A DNA stretch of 64,000 nt from Sedimentisphaerales bacterium (lineage in GTDB: Bacteria > Planctomycetota > Phycisphaerae > Sedimentisphaerales > SM23-30), in assembly GCA_963666285.1 (NCBI GenBank), contig OY762711.1. One strand, given 5' to 3'. The translations under genes and the position numbers were made by a program. Numbering within the stretch: the stretch's first letter is position 1; every line of letters starts with the position of its first letter. This document shows, piece by piece, positions 19,749-30,180 of the stretch. The notes below the pieces were generated by a model. It was not told where the DNA came from, did not search any database, and worked only from the letters and a program-made list of their open reading frames with translations.

Positions 19749-20438
19749 CTATATTTCAAAATTAAAACCCTGTTTAACCAGCTGGTCATATTTCTTTTTA
19801 TCGAAACTGTACAAACGGGCAGCACGATGCGATACATCAGTTTCAATCTCGTCAAGCTCTTTAAGGATGTCCATACTCAGTATCTTTTTCCTGAAATTGC
19901 GTTTATCCAGTTTACGATCCAAAACCTGCTCGTATAAATTCTGCAGCTGACGCAGGGCAAACTTGTGCGGCAGCAATTCAAAGCCGATCGGCTGATAACG
20001 AACTTTGCCGCGTAATCTTTCCAGGGCAGTAGATAATATCCGGTCGTGATCAAAGGCAAGAGCGGGTATGTCTTCCAGGGCAAACCATGCTGCCTTGCTG
20101 GCATCTGTTGCCGCCTGGACCTTATGATCGACAAGATTGACAAGAGCATAATGCGCTACTGTCACAACATGCTCTCTCGGATCGCGATCTGCCTCGCCAA
20201 AGGTATACAGCTGCTCCAAAAAGATATCCTTCACACCTGTTTCCTCCATAAGCTCACGACGAGCGGCATCTTCCGGAGATTCGCCAACATGGACAAAACC
20301 GCCTGGCAAAGCCCAGCTCCCGGCATAAGGTTCTAACGCCCTCTGGATAAGAAGTATTTTCAGTTCATCTTCATCCAGGGCGAATACCACACAGTCAACT
20401 GTCAGTGCCGGTCTTGCATATTCGTATTGAAAGCTCAT
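19749..20438 (-). CDS. nrtR: NrtR, ADP-ribose-responsive Nudix-wHTH repressor
   Basis: Nudix box WALPGG...[19 protein letters not shown], then the w[13 protein letters not shown]...ARLY. Confidence 0.93.
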   Translation of the reverse strand: MSFQYEYARPALTVDCVVFALDEDELKILLIQRALEPYAGSWALPGGFVHVGESPEDAARRELMEETGVKDIFLEQLYTFGEADRDPREHVVTVAHYALVNLVDHKVQAATDASKAAWFALEDIPALAFDHDRILSTALERLRGKVRYQPIGFELLPHKFALRQLQNLYEQVLDRKLDKRNFRKKILSMDILKELDEIETDVSHRAARLYSFDKKKYDQLVKQGFNFEI

Positions 20439-20476
20439 ATACTGTTCCTTTAATCTCTAAATTTACAAATCAAAAC

Positions 20477-20524
20477 TTAGTGTCTCATTTACACTATTAT
20501 GGTGTCAAAATTACACTATGTCAA
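20477..20524 (-). promoter_or_regulatory. Sigma70 promoter overlapped by two tandem NrtR boxes
   Basis: TTGACA (20524-20519)-N17-CATAAT (20501-20496). Boxes ttagtGTctcatttACactat (20477-20497) and atggtGTcaaaattACactat (20499-20519) carry the GT-N7-AC NrtR core. Confidence 0.85.
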
Positions 20525-20589
20525 ATTAAAAAATTATCTCTATCCATAAAATTAAACTTAAACATTTTAACATCAACCACTTAAAGTAA

Positions 20590-22551
20590 TTATTTATTTT
20601 GCATTTCATTCAACTCTCGCCTATAGCCGCCAGAAAGAATGGGGAACCTACACCAGGTTTTAGGGTCCAGATTCTTATCATCCACATGAAATGAAGGTGC
20701 ATACCTTTCTCGTTTCCATTGATTGCGGCACCAGAGAGAAAAGAAACGTTCAACCCAGATTATCAGCTGATCCCGGCTATACTGGTCAAATTGCACAGCA
20801 ATAATGTCTAACACCTCCAATGGAGTCATTTTATCTCGAATTGCGGCACACTCACAGGCATCCAGCAGGCCATAAGGCATAAGATCATCTTCATCTGTTT
20901 GAGATGCATCCTGCGGACGCAATTCAGCTGTCGGAATCTGCTGATTAACACATTTCAATGATTTGACAGGCTCAATACCAAGCGGCCCATCGACCTCCAT
21001 CCATCTTAGCCACTGACGCAAAAATGCCTTGTCGATGCCCGCAATCGGGCTTAACCCGCCACAGGTATCACCATCCATGGTAGCATAACCAACCGCCGCT
21101 TCCGAACGATTGCTGGTTGACAATAACAGAGCATTTTTCAGGTTCGCCAGCATCCACACGCCGGGAGCTCTTACCCTGGCCTGTATGTTTTGCAATGCGA
21201 TATCATCAGTTTCCCAGGTAAGTGACCTGCCAAAGCTTTCTTCTACAATTTTGATATAACCTTTCACAAGATCATTAACATCAAAAACCATAAATTCAGC
21301 TCCAAGGTCTTTGGCAAGAGTCTCCGCTGAATTAAGCGTTGTTTCACTACTGTTTTCCGTTGCCTGATAAACACAGGTTAATAGTACCGATAACAAATTA
21401 TCCATATCTATATTCTTCAACCCAGATTTTGCAATAAAACCATCGACACCAAGCTCTTTAACTGCAAATTGCACCATTAGCGACACAAGCACAGCAACTG
21501 CAGAAGAATCTGCCCCGCCGCTCAGCGAGACGATAAAACCCTGAGACCTGCTTTTTCGCATATAGTCAAACAAACCCAAAGCTATAGCCCTGGAAAATTC
21601 TTCTTCTTTTTTACAATCACTATTTTCCCAATCAGATATATTTATATCTTGCTTCTCTGGCTTTTGAGTTGGGAATTCAAACGAAACATCAACTATATTA
21701 CCCACATTGCTGCAAGCTTCATAGTTACTACCGCTTTTAGCCTGGGCCATCCTGCTTTCATCAATATCCACAACTGCGGCAGTAAGATGATAATTGCCAA
21801 AAACAAATCTCGGCCCTGCTGAAATAAGTGCTCCGTTTGATGCTATCAAAGCACCACCATCATATATCGCGCGCCCGGCTTCATTGCCAACCAGGTTACT
21901 ATAAATATACGAGACGCCAAATGCCCTTGACCCTTCGAGAACAAACCGCTTTCTGACCTCATGTTTGCCAAATGCAAAATGGCTGGCACTTGGATTCATT
22001 ATTATATCTATTCCCTGTGAATATAAATTGCCGCCGGGACGCTTGGCAACCCAGGCATCTTCACATATTTCGAAGCCTAGTTTCACCCCGTTTACATTAA
22101 AGATAATATCGCCGATAGGGTAATCTTTACCATCGTAGCTAACAGTTTCAATATCACCTTCCGGCCATGGTCTGAACCACCTGGGTTCATAATGCAGGCC
22201 TTCACGAGCGAGGAATCGCTTGGCTACAAAACCCCTTATTTCACCATCAACAACAAGACATATTGTATTAAACAGGCTATTGCGATGCAAAACAGGCAGG
22301 CCCAGAGTTACAATGATACCTTTTGTTTCAGGAAGTATCTCTGCTAAAACCTGGCGAGCCATCCTTCTTAAACCGGCTGAATAAAAGGCATCCTCGCAGC
22401 CATAACCACTAATTGCAAGCTCCGGCAAACATAAAACACTAACACCACAATCTCGAGCTTCTTTGATTGCAGCAATAATATTTGCCTTATTATTATCCCA
22501 ATCTAAAGGTGTCTGGTTTATTATAGCAGCACCACATTTTATCAATTTCAT
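20590..22551 (-). CDS. nadE: Glutamine-dependent NAD+ synthetase
   Basis: Nitrilase domain (LPEL, EICEDAW) plus synthetase domain (SLSGGADS, QNIQARVR, PTAELRP, RNQWKR). Confidence 0.95.
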   Translation of the reverse strand: MKLIKCGAAIINQTPLDWDNNKANIIAAIKEARDCGVSVLCLPELAISGYGCEDAFYSAGLRRMARQVLAEILPETKGIIVTLGLPVLHRNSLFNTICLVVDGEIRGFVAKRFLAREGLHYEPRWFRPWPEGDIETVSYDGKDYPIGDIIFNVNGVKLGFEICEDAWVAKRPGGNLYSQGIDIIMNPSASHFAFGKHEVRKRFVLEGSRAFGVSYIYSNLVGNEAGRAIYDGGALIASNGALISAGPRFVFGNYHLTAAVVDIDESRMAQAKSGSNYEACSNVGNIVDVSFEFPTQKPEKQDINISDWENSDCKKEEEFSRAIALGLFDYMRKSRSQGFIVSLSGGADSSAVAVLVSLMVQFAVKELGVDGFIAKSGLKNIDMDNLLSVLLTCVYQATENSSETTLNSAETLAKDLGAEFMVFDVNDLVKGYIKIVEESFGRSLTWETDDIALQNIQARVRAPGVWMLANLKNALLLSTSNRSEAAVGYATMDGDTCGGLSPIAGIDKAFLRQWLRWMEVDGPLGIEPVKSLKCVNQQIPTAELRPQDASQTDEDDLMPYGLLDACECAAIRDKMTPLEVLDIIAVQFDQYSRDQLIIWVERFFSLWCRNQWKRERYAPSFHVDDKNLDPKTWCRFPILSGGYRRELNEMQNK

Positions 22552-22580
22552 AATACACCTGCTAATATACAAACTTATAT

Positions 22581-24047
22581 TTATTCGTTTCTGGCTTTTT
22601 GAATAAGATCTGTCTTAAATGCATGAAGCTGCTTCTCTAAACCCGCCGGATATTCATGAGGGTTAACAAACCTTTTTATACCGGCATGCAGGCAAGTCAA
22701 CTGCTGCAAACATCTTTCACGGGCTTCATTTGCCTCTAAAGGCGTATAAATACATTTACCACTTCGGAAAATCGGCTTGAGCATATCTTCAAACCGTGTA
22801 TTGGCTGGTATGGTTTTATGCCTTGTATGGTCTTTATTATCCACAATTACAGCCGGCACAGATATACCCATCTGCTCATCAAATATCGCATCTGCAATAA
22901 AACCATTTTCATTACAAAAGCGTCTGACCTGCTGGATACCGGGCACACTAACCTTAATAGCCTGTTCAGACAGTTTAACCTTGTATTGCCAATCTTCACC
23001 TGGTTTCCTTATGGCCGCTAATTTATACACCCCGCCCAAAGCAGGTTGGTCGTATGCAGTTGCCAGCTTGGTACCAACACCCCAAACAGCTATTTTTGCC
23101 CCCTGGTCTTTCAGGTCCTTGATAATATTTTCATCCAGGTCATTACTGGCAACAATGGCGGCACATTCAAAACCGGCGGCATCCAGAAGTTTACGAGCTT
23201 CTATACTCAGATATGCCAGGTCACCTGAATCCAGGCGAATACCAACCATTTCATGACCTTGCTCTCGCAGCTGTTTGCCAACATTAATAGCCTTCCTAAC
23301 ACCTTCGATTGTATCATAAGTATCAACCAGGAAAACGCAATTATTCGGCATGGCCTGGCTATACGCTTCAAAAGACTGCTGTTCATCATCAAAAGACATC
23401 ACCCAGCTATGGGCATGTGTGCCTTTAACAGGAATACCAAACAGCTTTCCGGCAAGCACATTTGAGGTTGCAGCACTACCGCCAATATATGCCGCTCTAC
23501 TGGCAGCTAAAGCACCATCTATGCCCTGGGCACGCCTTAAGCCAAACTCCAGAACAGGCTCGCCTTTGGCTGAATGACATATACGTGAAGATTTAGTCGC
23601 GATCAATGTCTGGAAATTTACCATATTCAGAAGCGTGGTTTCAATTAGCTGGCATTGCAATAGAGGGCCTTTAACCCGAATAAGCGGCTGATTTGGAAAC
23701 ACAACCGTACCTTCTTCTACGGCATCAATATCCAGGCAGAACTCCAGATTAGCCAGATACTGCATAAAACCTTCATTAAACAATGGGTTACCATCATTAC
23801 CACAAAGCGTTGCCAGGTAGTCAATGTCATCCTGATCAAAACTCAGGTTTTCGATAAAATCAACCACATATGCCAGGCCTGCGGCAACAGTATAACCACC
23901 GCCAAAAGGATGCTTTCGGAAAAAAAGATTAAATACCGCCTCATCATCTGCCCTGTCGAGCTTCCAATAGCCATATGCCATGGTCAACTGATACAAATCA
24001 GTCAATAAAGATAAAGAACACTTATAAATACTTGTCGGCTTTGCCAT
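22581..24047 (-). CDS. pncB: Nicotinate phosphoribosyltransferase
   Basis: LLTDLYQLTM, EFGLRRAQG, GTHAHSW, LVDTYD, IRLDSGDL, GGVYKL. Confidence 0.95.
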   Translation of the reverse strand: MAKPTSIYKCSLSLLTDLYQLTMAYGYWKLDRADDEAVFNLFFRKHPFGGGYTVAAGLAYVVDFIENLSFDQDDIDYLATLCGNDGNPLFNEGFMQYLANLEFCLDIDAVEEGTVVFPNQPLIRVKGPLLQCQLIETTLLNMVNFQTLIATKSSRICHSAKGEPVLEFGLRRAQGIDGALAASRAAYIGGSAATSNVLAGKLFGIPVKGTHAHSWVMSFDDEQQSFEAYSQAMPNNCVFLVDTYDTIEGVRKAINVGKQLREQGHEMVGIRLDSGDLAYLSIEARKLLDAAGFECAAIVASNDLDENIIKDLKDQGAKIAVWGVGTKLATAYDQPALGGVYKLAAIRKPGEDWQYKVKLSEQAIKVSVPGIQQVRRFCNENGFIADAIFDEQMGISVPAVIVDNKDHTRHKTIPANTRFEDMLKPIFRSGKCIYTPLEANEARERCLQQLTCLHAGIKRFVNPHEYPAGLEKQLHAFKTDLIQKARNE

Positions 24048-24085
24048 TTTCCATCTCCTGAACAAAAATATTTAACGCTTACTTG

Positions 24086-24106
24086 TTAGTGTTAAATATA
24101 CACTAT
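24086..24106. promoter_or_regulatory. NrtR box upstream of pncB
   Basis: ttagtGTtaaatatACactat, the same 21-bp palindrome as at nrtR. Confidence 0.85.
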
Positions 24107-24153
24107 GCTTTATAGCGATGCAAATGCAAAATAAAAAATATTTAGAAAAAAAA

Positions 24154-25302
24154 CTACTGTTTCCTGGTAGTATGCAGATCAGCTTCGGCGGCCCACTGAT
24201 TAATATCCTGCTTGTTGATTGCGGCAGCCATAAGGTCAGGAAACAATTCCGGGGTACAGGCAAATGACGGGATGCCCATCGAGCTGAGTTTAGCAGCAAT
24301 ATTATGGTCGAAACATGGCGAGCCTTCATCACTCAAAGCAAGAAGAGTTATAAATTGCACGCCGGAAGTTACCAATGTAGCAGCTCGTTTTAGAAGTCCA
24401 TCTTCTACTCCACCTTCATACAAATCGCTGATAAGTATAAATATTGTTTCAGATGGATTTGTTATCAATCCCTGACAGTATGCAACTGCCCTGTTTATAT
24501 CAGTACCACCCCCTAATTGAGTCGAGAAAAGCAGTTCAACCGGGTCATCAAGCTGGTCAGAAAGATCGACAACTGATGTATCAAACACAACAAGCTTTGT
24601 CTGTACTGCAGGAAGAGAAGCCATAACTGCGCCAAATATGCCAGAATATACAATTGAAGTTGCCATTGAACCGCTCTGGTCGATACAGAGTATAACCTGA
24701 CGTAATGCAGATTGTTTTCTGCCGTACCCTACTCTTCTAACCGGTATTACCGTTTTATATTCCGGCTGATAGTGCTTGAGATTAAGTTTTATGGTCCGAT
24801 CCCAATCTATTTCTTTATGCTTAGGCCGATTATTTCTGGTCGCCTTATTTAATGCTCCCATAATGGCCTGCCTCATAGGGTTAGTCAGTTTATTCTGCAA
24901 TTCTTCAACTACTTTTCTGACTACCAGGCGAGCCGTTTCTTTTGTCTTTGCCGGAATAATGCCGCGCATCGCAAGCAGATTCGCAACAAGATGAACATCT
25001 GGCTCAACTGCTTCAAGCATTTCAGGCTCGGTTAGCATACGAGACATATCCAGCCTGTCAAAGGCATCACGCTGCATAACCTGAACAACTGATTTTGGGA
25101 AATATTCCCGGATATCGCCAAGCCACCTGGGAACGGATGGACAGGAACTGCCCAGGCCTCCCCTTCTATCTGAATCATACAAAGCATGCAGGGCATTATC
25201 TATCCTGATATCAGATTGCGAAAGTTCATTATTTATGCCGTCAGCCTGATCAGCCCCAAGTATTAAACGCCATCGCCTGAGTTTTTCTTCCCGGTCAATC
25301 AT
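24154..25302 (-). CDS. vWA (CoxE-like) protein, YehP-like
   Basis: RRWRLILG N-terminus; MIDAS DQSGSM, GGTDI, ISDLYEG. Confidence 0.88.
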   Translation of the reverse strand: MIDREEKLRRWRLILGADQADGINNELSQSDIRIDNALHALYDSDRRGGLGSSCPSVPRWLGDIREYFPKSVVQVMQRDAFDRLDMSRMLTEPEMLEAVEPDVHLVANLLAMRGIIPAKTKETARLVVRKVVEELQNKLTNPMRQAIMGALNKATRNNRPKHKEIDWDRTIKLNLKHYQPEYKTVIPVRRVGYGRKQSALRQVILCIDQSGSMATSIVYSGIFGAVMASLPAVQTKLVVFDTSVVDLSDQLDDPVELLFSTQLGGGTDINRAVAYCQGLITNPSETIFILISDLYEGGVEDGLLKRAATLVTSGVQFITLLALSDEGSPCFDHNIAAKLSSMGIPSFACTPELFPDLMAAAINKQDINQWAAEADLHTTRKQ

Positions 25303-27538
25303 CGATCACAATTTCCTCCTGTAGAATTTTACTCAACAGCGGCAACACTTTTTTCGCACGTTCGATATCAAATGCCTGACCTGCTGACTTTTGGGCTGCT
25401 GCTGCAGAAGTGGAACTCTTTGCCTGTTGACCGATCTGTCTTCGCTCGGGCAGTGCAAAAGTTGAAAACGTTCGCTTTAGAAGCGGTAATATCTCGATAA
25501 AATGGTCAGATTTCAGGTCACATACCCACCTGTCAATTAAAGACCACAAGCTGCGGTCATGTATTAAAACCAGGCCGCTCCCCCTGAGAAAACCTTCCAG
25601 CCAGGCCGCCGCATTTACAGAATCGTTTGCAGCAGAAAGGGACAAATTCATTTTTGTTGCAGTTTCATCCGAAGAGATACTACCCCCGTCATAGAGCAGC
25701 CTGCAAGCCCTGCCATTAATTAGATTATGACCATTATTAAGATTAGTGAGTTGTTTTAAAACCAGCTCCCATCCATTAGCCAACTCGTCATCCTGCAAAA
25801 GCGATATAGCTGTGTGAGTTGAGTTGATCAATTCAAAAAAGTGTTCAGCCGCCTCATCATTGATATTACAGCAGGCACCGGGTAAATTTATCATAACACG
25901 AGAGGCAAGACCACGGACAACTTTAACCAGCATACCTTTATCTGTCTGACGAACGTTGCCATATCTCATTACCCGGGCCAGAGGGACAAGAGCTTCCATC
26001 ATCTGCTCGACATCACCACTTACAGCTGTTCGTTCCTGGATAGCAGCAATAAGAGCATTTGCAGCCTCCGGAAGATCTGCCAGTAACGCACTATCAAGAA
26101 GCATGGCGATCTCTTTTATATTTTGCATACTTTCCACGGCATTTATACATTTAGCAGATGCCGCTTTTTCAATGGTATTGCCCCAGCGTGAAGCCTGGAT
26201 AATATTAATAACAAATTCAGGCTTCCATTGAAGTTCCCAGAACTCGTGAAAAGTACCTGCTTTTTTACCATGACTATGAGATAAAGTTCCCCAAGGTATA
26301 TCAAGCAAAAGCAATCTATGCAATAAACGACTTCGCTCTAGATCATTAGGCTTCCTGAGATCAAAATCATATTCCTTACTGTCTTCTTTCACCGGAAGAC
26401 GCAGTTTCTTTTGCAGTTTAGCCAGGTCCTGCTGGATAGGTACAACAGGGGCATCCTGTGGAATCTGGCCCATCCTGCTGCCGACAATCATCTGCTTTCG
26501 AATCAACTTCATCGGAGCTTCTTCACCAAAGCACATTACGGTAAGAGCCGCTTCGTCCATCTCTTCAAGGCCGGGATGAGGATAACCGCGTATGGCAGCG
26601 AGGGTATCAGCCAAACGAACAGCTTCAATAGCATGAGCAGAAGAAACATCCAGCTGGTGCTCTCTCATCAACCTGGCAGCACGAGTCATCCAGCTGGTTA
26701 CAAGATTATTTTCACCTTCCCAAAGCATATGATACCATTCTGGCGAACGAACTCCGGCACCATAACCGGTCAAATATGAAATGCGACTATATGACCATGG
26801 TGCCCAGGCTGATTGAGTTTTTACTTTTGGCAGGCCTTTCAATAATTCATTATCGCTTTTCACTGGCGGCATGTTCAAAAATGCCGGACTATGCCAGGCA
26901 CCGCAAACGATTGCAATATTTTCAAAACCTTCCTTCTGGGCAGCCCTAAGAGTCTTTCTCATATATGCTTCACGTCTCTGCTCTAACATAGTATATCGAT
27001 CGGCACAATCAAGACATTCTCTCAATGTTGACATGCCTTCCAGAACAGCCTGAAAGATTTCAGAATCATTCTGACTGCGTGCCTCAACCATATTCTCCCA
27101 CCATCGTTCGCTATCGACATACCCGGCGGCTGTTGCTAAATAGCTGATAGGGTCAATTCGGATTTCACGCTCACCGTCTTCCTCCTGGACAATTTCAGGA
27201 GTTTCCTGTTCAATCGCCAGGACATGAAACTGCGGTAAATCCATGAATCGAACTGGAATATTATTTCGCAGGCCATACTGAATAGCCTGCCACTCCGGTG
27301 AAAAAACAGTAAAAGGATAAAATGCCGATTTCTGAGGATCATCCGGCGAATAGACGAGAAGCGCAACCGGCGGTTTCATTTCAACATTGCCGGCAAGCCC
27401 AATTTCACCTTGAGCATCTGCCGGACCTTCTACCAGGACAATATCAGGCTTGCACTCTTCCAGCGACTTGACAAGACTTTTTGCTGAACCGGGGCCGTGA
27501 TGACGGATACCGAAAATATGTAAATTGCTATCAGACAA
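25295..27538 (-). CDS. DUF5682 / YehM-like protein
   Basis: FGIRHHGPGS, LVEGP, FSPEWQA, REAYM, VCGAWH. Probable TTG start at 27538 (the ORF extends to 27583). Confidence 0.85.
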   Translation of the reverse strand: MSDSNLHIFGIRHHGPGSAKSLVKSLEECKPDIVLVEGPADAQGEIGLAGNVEMKPPVALLVYSPDDPQKSAFYPFTVFSPEWQAIQYGLRNNIPVRFMDLPQFHVLAIEQETPEIVQEEDGEREIRIDPISYLATAAGYVDSERWWENMVEARSQNDSEIFQAVLEGMSTLRECLDCADRYTMLEQRREAYMRKTLRAAQKEGFENIAIVCGAWHSPAFLNMPPVKSDNELLKGLPKVKTQSAWAPWSYSRISYLTGYGAGVRSPEWYHMLWEGENNLVTSWMTRAARLMREHQLDVSSAHAIEAVRLADTLAAIRGYPHPGLEEMDEAALTVMCFGEEAPMKLIRKQMIVGSRMGQIPQDAPVVPIQQDLAKLQKKLRLPVKEDSKEYDFDLRKPNDLERSRLLHRLLLLDIPWGTLSHSHGKKAGTFHEFWELQWKPEFVINIIQASRWGNTIEKAASAKCINAVESMQNIKEIAMLLDSALLADLPEAANALIAAIQERTAVSGDVEQMMEALVPLARVMRYGNVRQTDKGMLVKVVRGLASRVMINLPGACCNINDEAAEHFFELINSTHTAISLLQDDELANGWELVLKQLTNLNNGHNLINGRACRLLYDGGSISSDETATKMNLSLSAANDSVNAAAWLEGFLRGSGLVLIHDRSLWSLIDRWVCDLKSDHFIEILPLLKRTFSTFALPERRQIGQQAKSSTSAAAAQKSAGQAFDIERAKKVLPLLSKILQEEIVIDD

Positions 27539-27539
27539 A

Positions 27540-28634
27540 TTACAGAATCTCCCTGCATGATCGATATATATCTTTCCAGCCATCCCGTTCTTTGACTACA
27601 GTTTCCAGGTATTCCTGCCAGACAACCGTATCCTGAACCGGGTCTTTTACAACTGCGCCGGTTATGCCGGAAGCTATATCAGCTGCCCGCAGCGTACCAT
27701 CACCAAAATGACAGGCCAGAGATAAGCCGCTAGTCATTACACTAATGGCCTCAGCGGTTGAAAGTGTACTGGTTGGAGATTTCAATTTGGTCTTGCCGTC
27801 CGTGGTCTTCCCTTCACGCAATTCCCTGAAAATTGTAACAACGCGGCGAATCTCTTCCAGGGCAGGTTTTTCCTGCGGCAGCTCGAGAGCTCTACCTATA
27901 GAATCAACTCGTTTTTGCACTATTTCAACTTCTTCATCTGCAGTAGCAGGTACCGGAAGTATTACAGTATTGAAACGACGCTTCAACGCACTTGACAATT
28001 CATTAACGCCTCGATCGCGATTATTGGCAGTTGCGATAACATTAAAACCCTGTACAGCCTGGATTTCCTCGCTGAGCTCTGGCACAGGCAATGTCTTTTC
28101 TGATAAAATTGTAATCAGCGTATCCTGGACATCAGATGGGATACGAGTTAATTCTTCCACTCGCACCATCTTTCCCGTCTGCATGGCATTCATAACCGGG
28201 CTGTGAACAAGAGCTTCGCTTGATGGACCTTTTGCAAGCAGCAAGGCATAATTCCAGCCGTAACGAATAGCTTCCTCGGGAGTTCCGGCTGTCCCCTGCA
28301 CCAGCAAAGTTGAATCGCCGCTGATTGCCGCAGATAAATGTTCGCTTACCCATGTCTTAGCTGTGCCAGGTACGCCAAGCAATAGTAAAGCTCTATCTGT
28401 GGCCAGAGTGGCAATAGCAATCTCCATCAGGCGGCGGTTGCCTATATATTTTGCACTTATCTCAAAACCATTATCTAGTGTACCACCCAGCAAATACGTT
28501 AAAACAGCCGATGGTGACATGTTCCAGTTTGACGGCCGCTGGGCTTTATCCTGTTTTATTAGATTCTCAATTTCTTCTGCAAACTGCTGTTCGGCATGCT
28601 GACGCAATACCTTTTTTGGTTCATTAGATTCCAC
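27540..28634 (-). CDS. MoxR-type AAA+ ATPase, YehL-like
   Basis: Walker A GVPGTAKT, Walker B VRVEELTR, TANNRDRG, SALKRRF. GTG start after GAGGAG. Confidence 0.92.
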   Translation of the reverse strand: MESNEPKKVLRQHAEQQFAEEIENLIKQDKAQRPSNWNMSPSAVLTYLLGGTLDNGFEISAKYIGNRRLMEIAIATLATDRALLLLGVPGTAKTWVSEHLSAAISGDSTLLVQGTAGTPEEAIRYGWNYALLLAKGPSSEALVHSPVMNAMQTGKMVRVEELTRIPSDVQDTLITILSEKTLPVPELSEEIQAVQGFNVIATANNRDRGVNELSSALKRRFNTVILPVPATADEEVEIVQKRVDSIGRALELPQEKPALEEIRRVVTIFRELREGKTTDGKTKLKSPTSTLSTAEAISVMTSGLSLACHFGDGTLRAADIASGITGAVVKDPVQDTVVWQEYLETVVKERDGWKDIYRSCREIL

Positions 28635-30180
28635 TGTGAAGCTCCTCAATATTTTGTTGACGGAATTTTAAAATTGAAATGATGTTATCGATTTGTGTCT
28701 GCACTCTATCATTGAATGAACTTGATTTTGTCGGCCAGCCATTTTCCAGTTGCGGTACAATTGATGGATGTAAATGGGTAGCTAAATACATCATATACCT
28801 TTTATCATAACCAATATGACATTTATGGAATTCCTTTTGGTTGGCTTTTATAACGTCAGACGAAAAATCTCGACTCCAAACATGATCGCAGGCATACAAG
28901 AATTTATCCAGAATAGCAAAATTAAGCGAACCGGAATACTGACTTAGATATCTCTGAGCTGCCTCTTCTTTTTCATAATCCTCAAAAAAAGAAATAAGAT
29001 CTGATATATCCACTGCAAATTTACCGGCCAGACTAAAAATATCATCATTTCGTGCATGACAGTTTAAAATTAAAACCTTAGCCCAGTCTTTGTCTTGCTG
29101 CCGCACAGCTGCTATTGAAAAACCCAAGGCAAAAGATGTTGAAAACTCGGAAGACATACAAGTCATAATAAATGATTCTATATCGCTTTCATACTGGCTC
29201 CAGAAACTCAACGGAGTCATACCGATAATATTTGCCATCGCCACAGCCTTTTGCCCCATCTTGCCGGCTTTTACAGGGTCAGCGCCATCACGAAGCAATT
29301 CCTTATCTTTTATATCCGGTAGCGTTACTTCTATTTCGGCTTTTTTCTTTTTCAGTAAGCCTTTTTGGACTGGCTGGTATTTTATTAGCTCTTTTACTCT
29401 GGCTGACATTCTTTGACACAATTTTGCCCCGGATATCCTCGCCAGTAAATCTGCTGCAGCTGTTCGCACTGGTTTTCTTTTATCATCCAGAGATTGCTCC
29501 AGGAAATCTTCATCATCAAGAGATATACCCGCCTTCATACATTCCAGAAATGCTGCACGGTCATCTGGTGTTTCCTCAGGCCAGGTCTGCTCTAACAGAC
29601 CACGGGCTTTAGCAGGACTTATCACTCGCAGATGTTTCAGCAAAGCAAGTCTTTCTTCCCTGCTGCCGGTTAGCCACTGTTCTTCGCTCAATTCCTTGAT
29701 AACAAAAACATCTTTCCATCTGGCGTTATGCAGAGATAACCATTGTCCTCTTTTTCCGATTACTCTCTGTATAACATATCGTTGCTTTTCCGGCAGCTTC
29801 ATAGCAGATTCAAATATATCAGGAAGATATTCAGGAGGTACAACAATGTCATTTGAACTTGCAATCAAGCACCATTCTGTAAGCATCTCATTGAAATTAT
29901 TATTCAAAATCTCCCGCAGATTGTCCGCGGCATTCTGCGAGCAGATATTTTCTGGCTCACTAAAAATATTTAAACTCACATCTGAACATTTTCCAGCTGT
30001 CGCACCAGATTTATTAATAACTGAAAGAGCTGCAATTTTATTCATAAACTCCAGCCGGACATTATCGTCTGCATATTCACCATTGCGGTCCAACCCTAAA
30101 ACAGAAGTACTGACTAAATTGTTCCACTGCTGAATTGTATTACTACTCAATTTCACTTTATCCGACACCTCGCAAACCAA
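28624..30180 (-). CDS. DUF5691-like helical-repeat protein
   Basis: GKRGQWLSLHNARW, W.EETPDDRAAFL, LDDKRKPVR..AA.LL; typical member of the SWIM-MoxR-vWA cluster. Confidence 0.7.
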   Translation of the reverse strand: MVCEVSDKVKLSSNTIQQWNNLVSTSVLGLDRNGEYADDNVRLEFMNKIAALSVINKSGATAGKCSDVSLNIFSEPENICSQNAADNLREILNNNFNEMLTEWCLIASSNDIVVPPEYLPDIFESAMKLPEKQRYVIQRVIGKRGQWLSLHNARWKDVFVIKELSEEQWLTGSREERLALLKHLRVISPAKARGLLEQTWPEETPDDRAAFLECMKAGISLDDEDFLEQSLDDKRKPVRTAAADLLARISGAKLCQRMSARVKELIKYQPVQKGLLKKKKAEIEVTLPDIKDKELLRDGADPVKAGKMGQKAVAMANIIGMTPLSFWSQYESDIESFIMTCMSSEFSTSFALGFSIAAVRQQDKDWAKVLILNCHARNDDIFSLAGKFAVDISDLISFFEDYEKEEAAQRYLSQYSGSLNFAILDKFLYACDHVWSRDFSSDVIKANQKEFHKCHIGYDKRYMMYLATHLHPSIVPQLENGWPTKSSSFNDRVQTQIDNIISILKFRQQNIEELHSGI

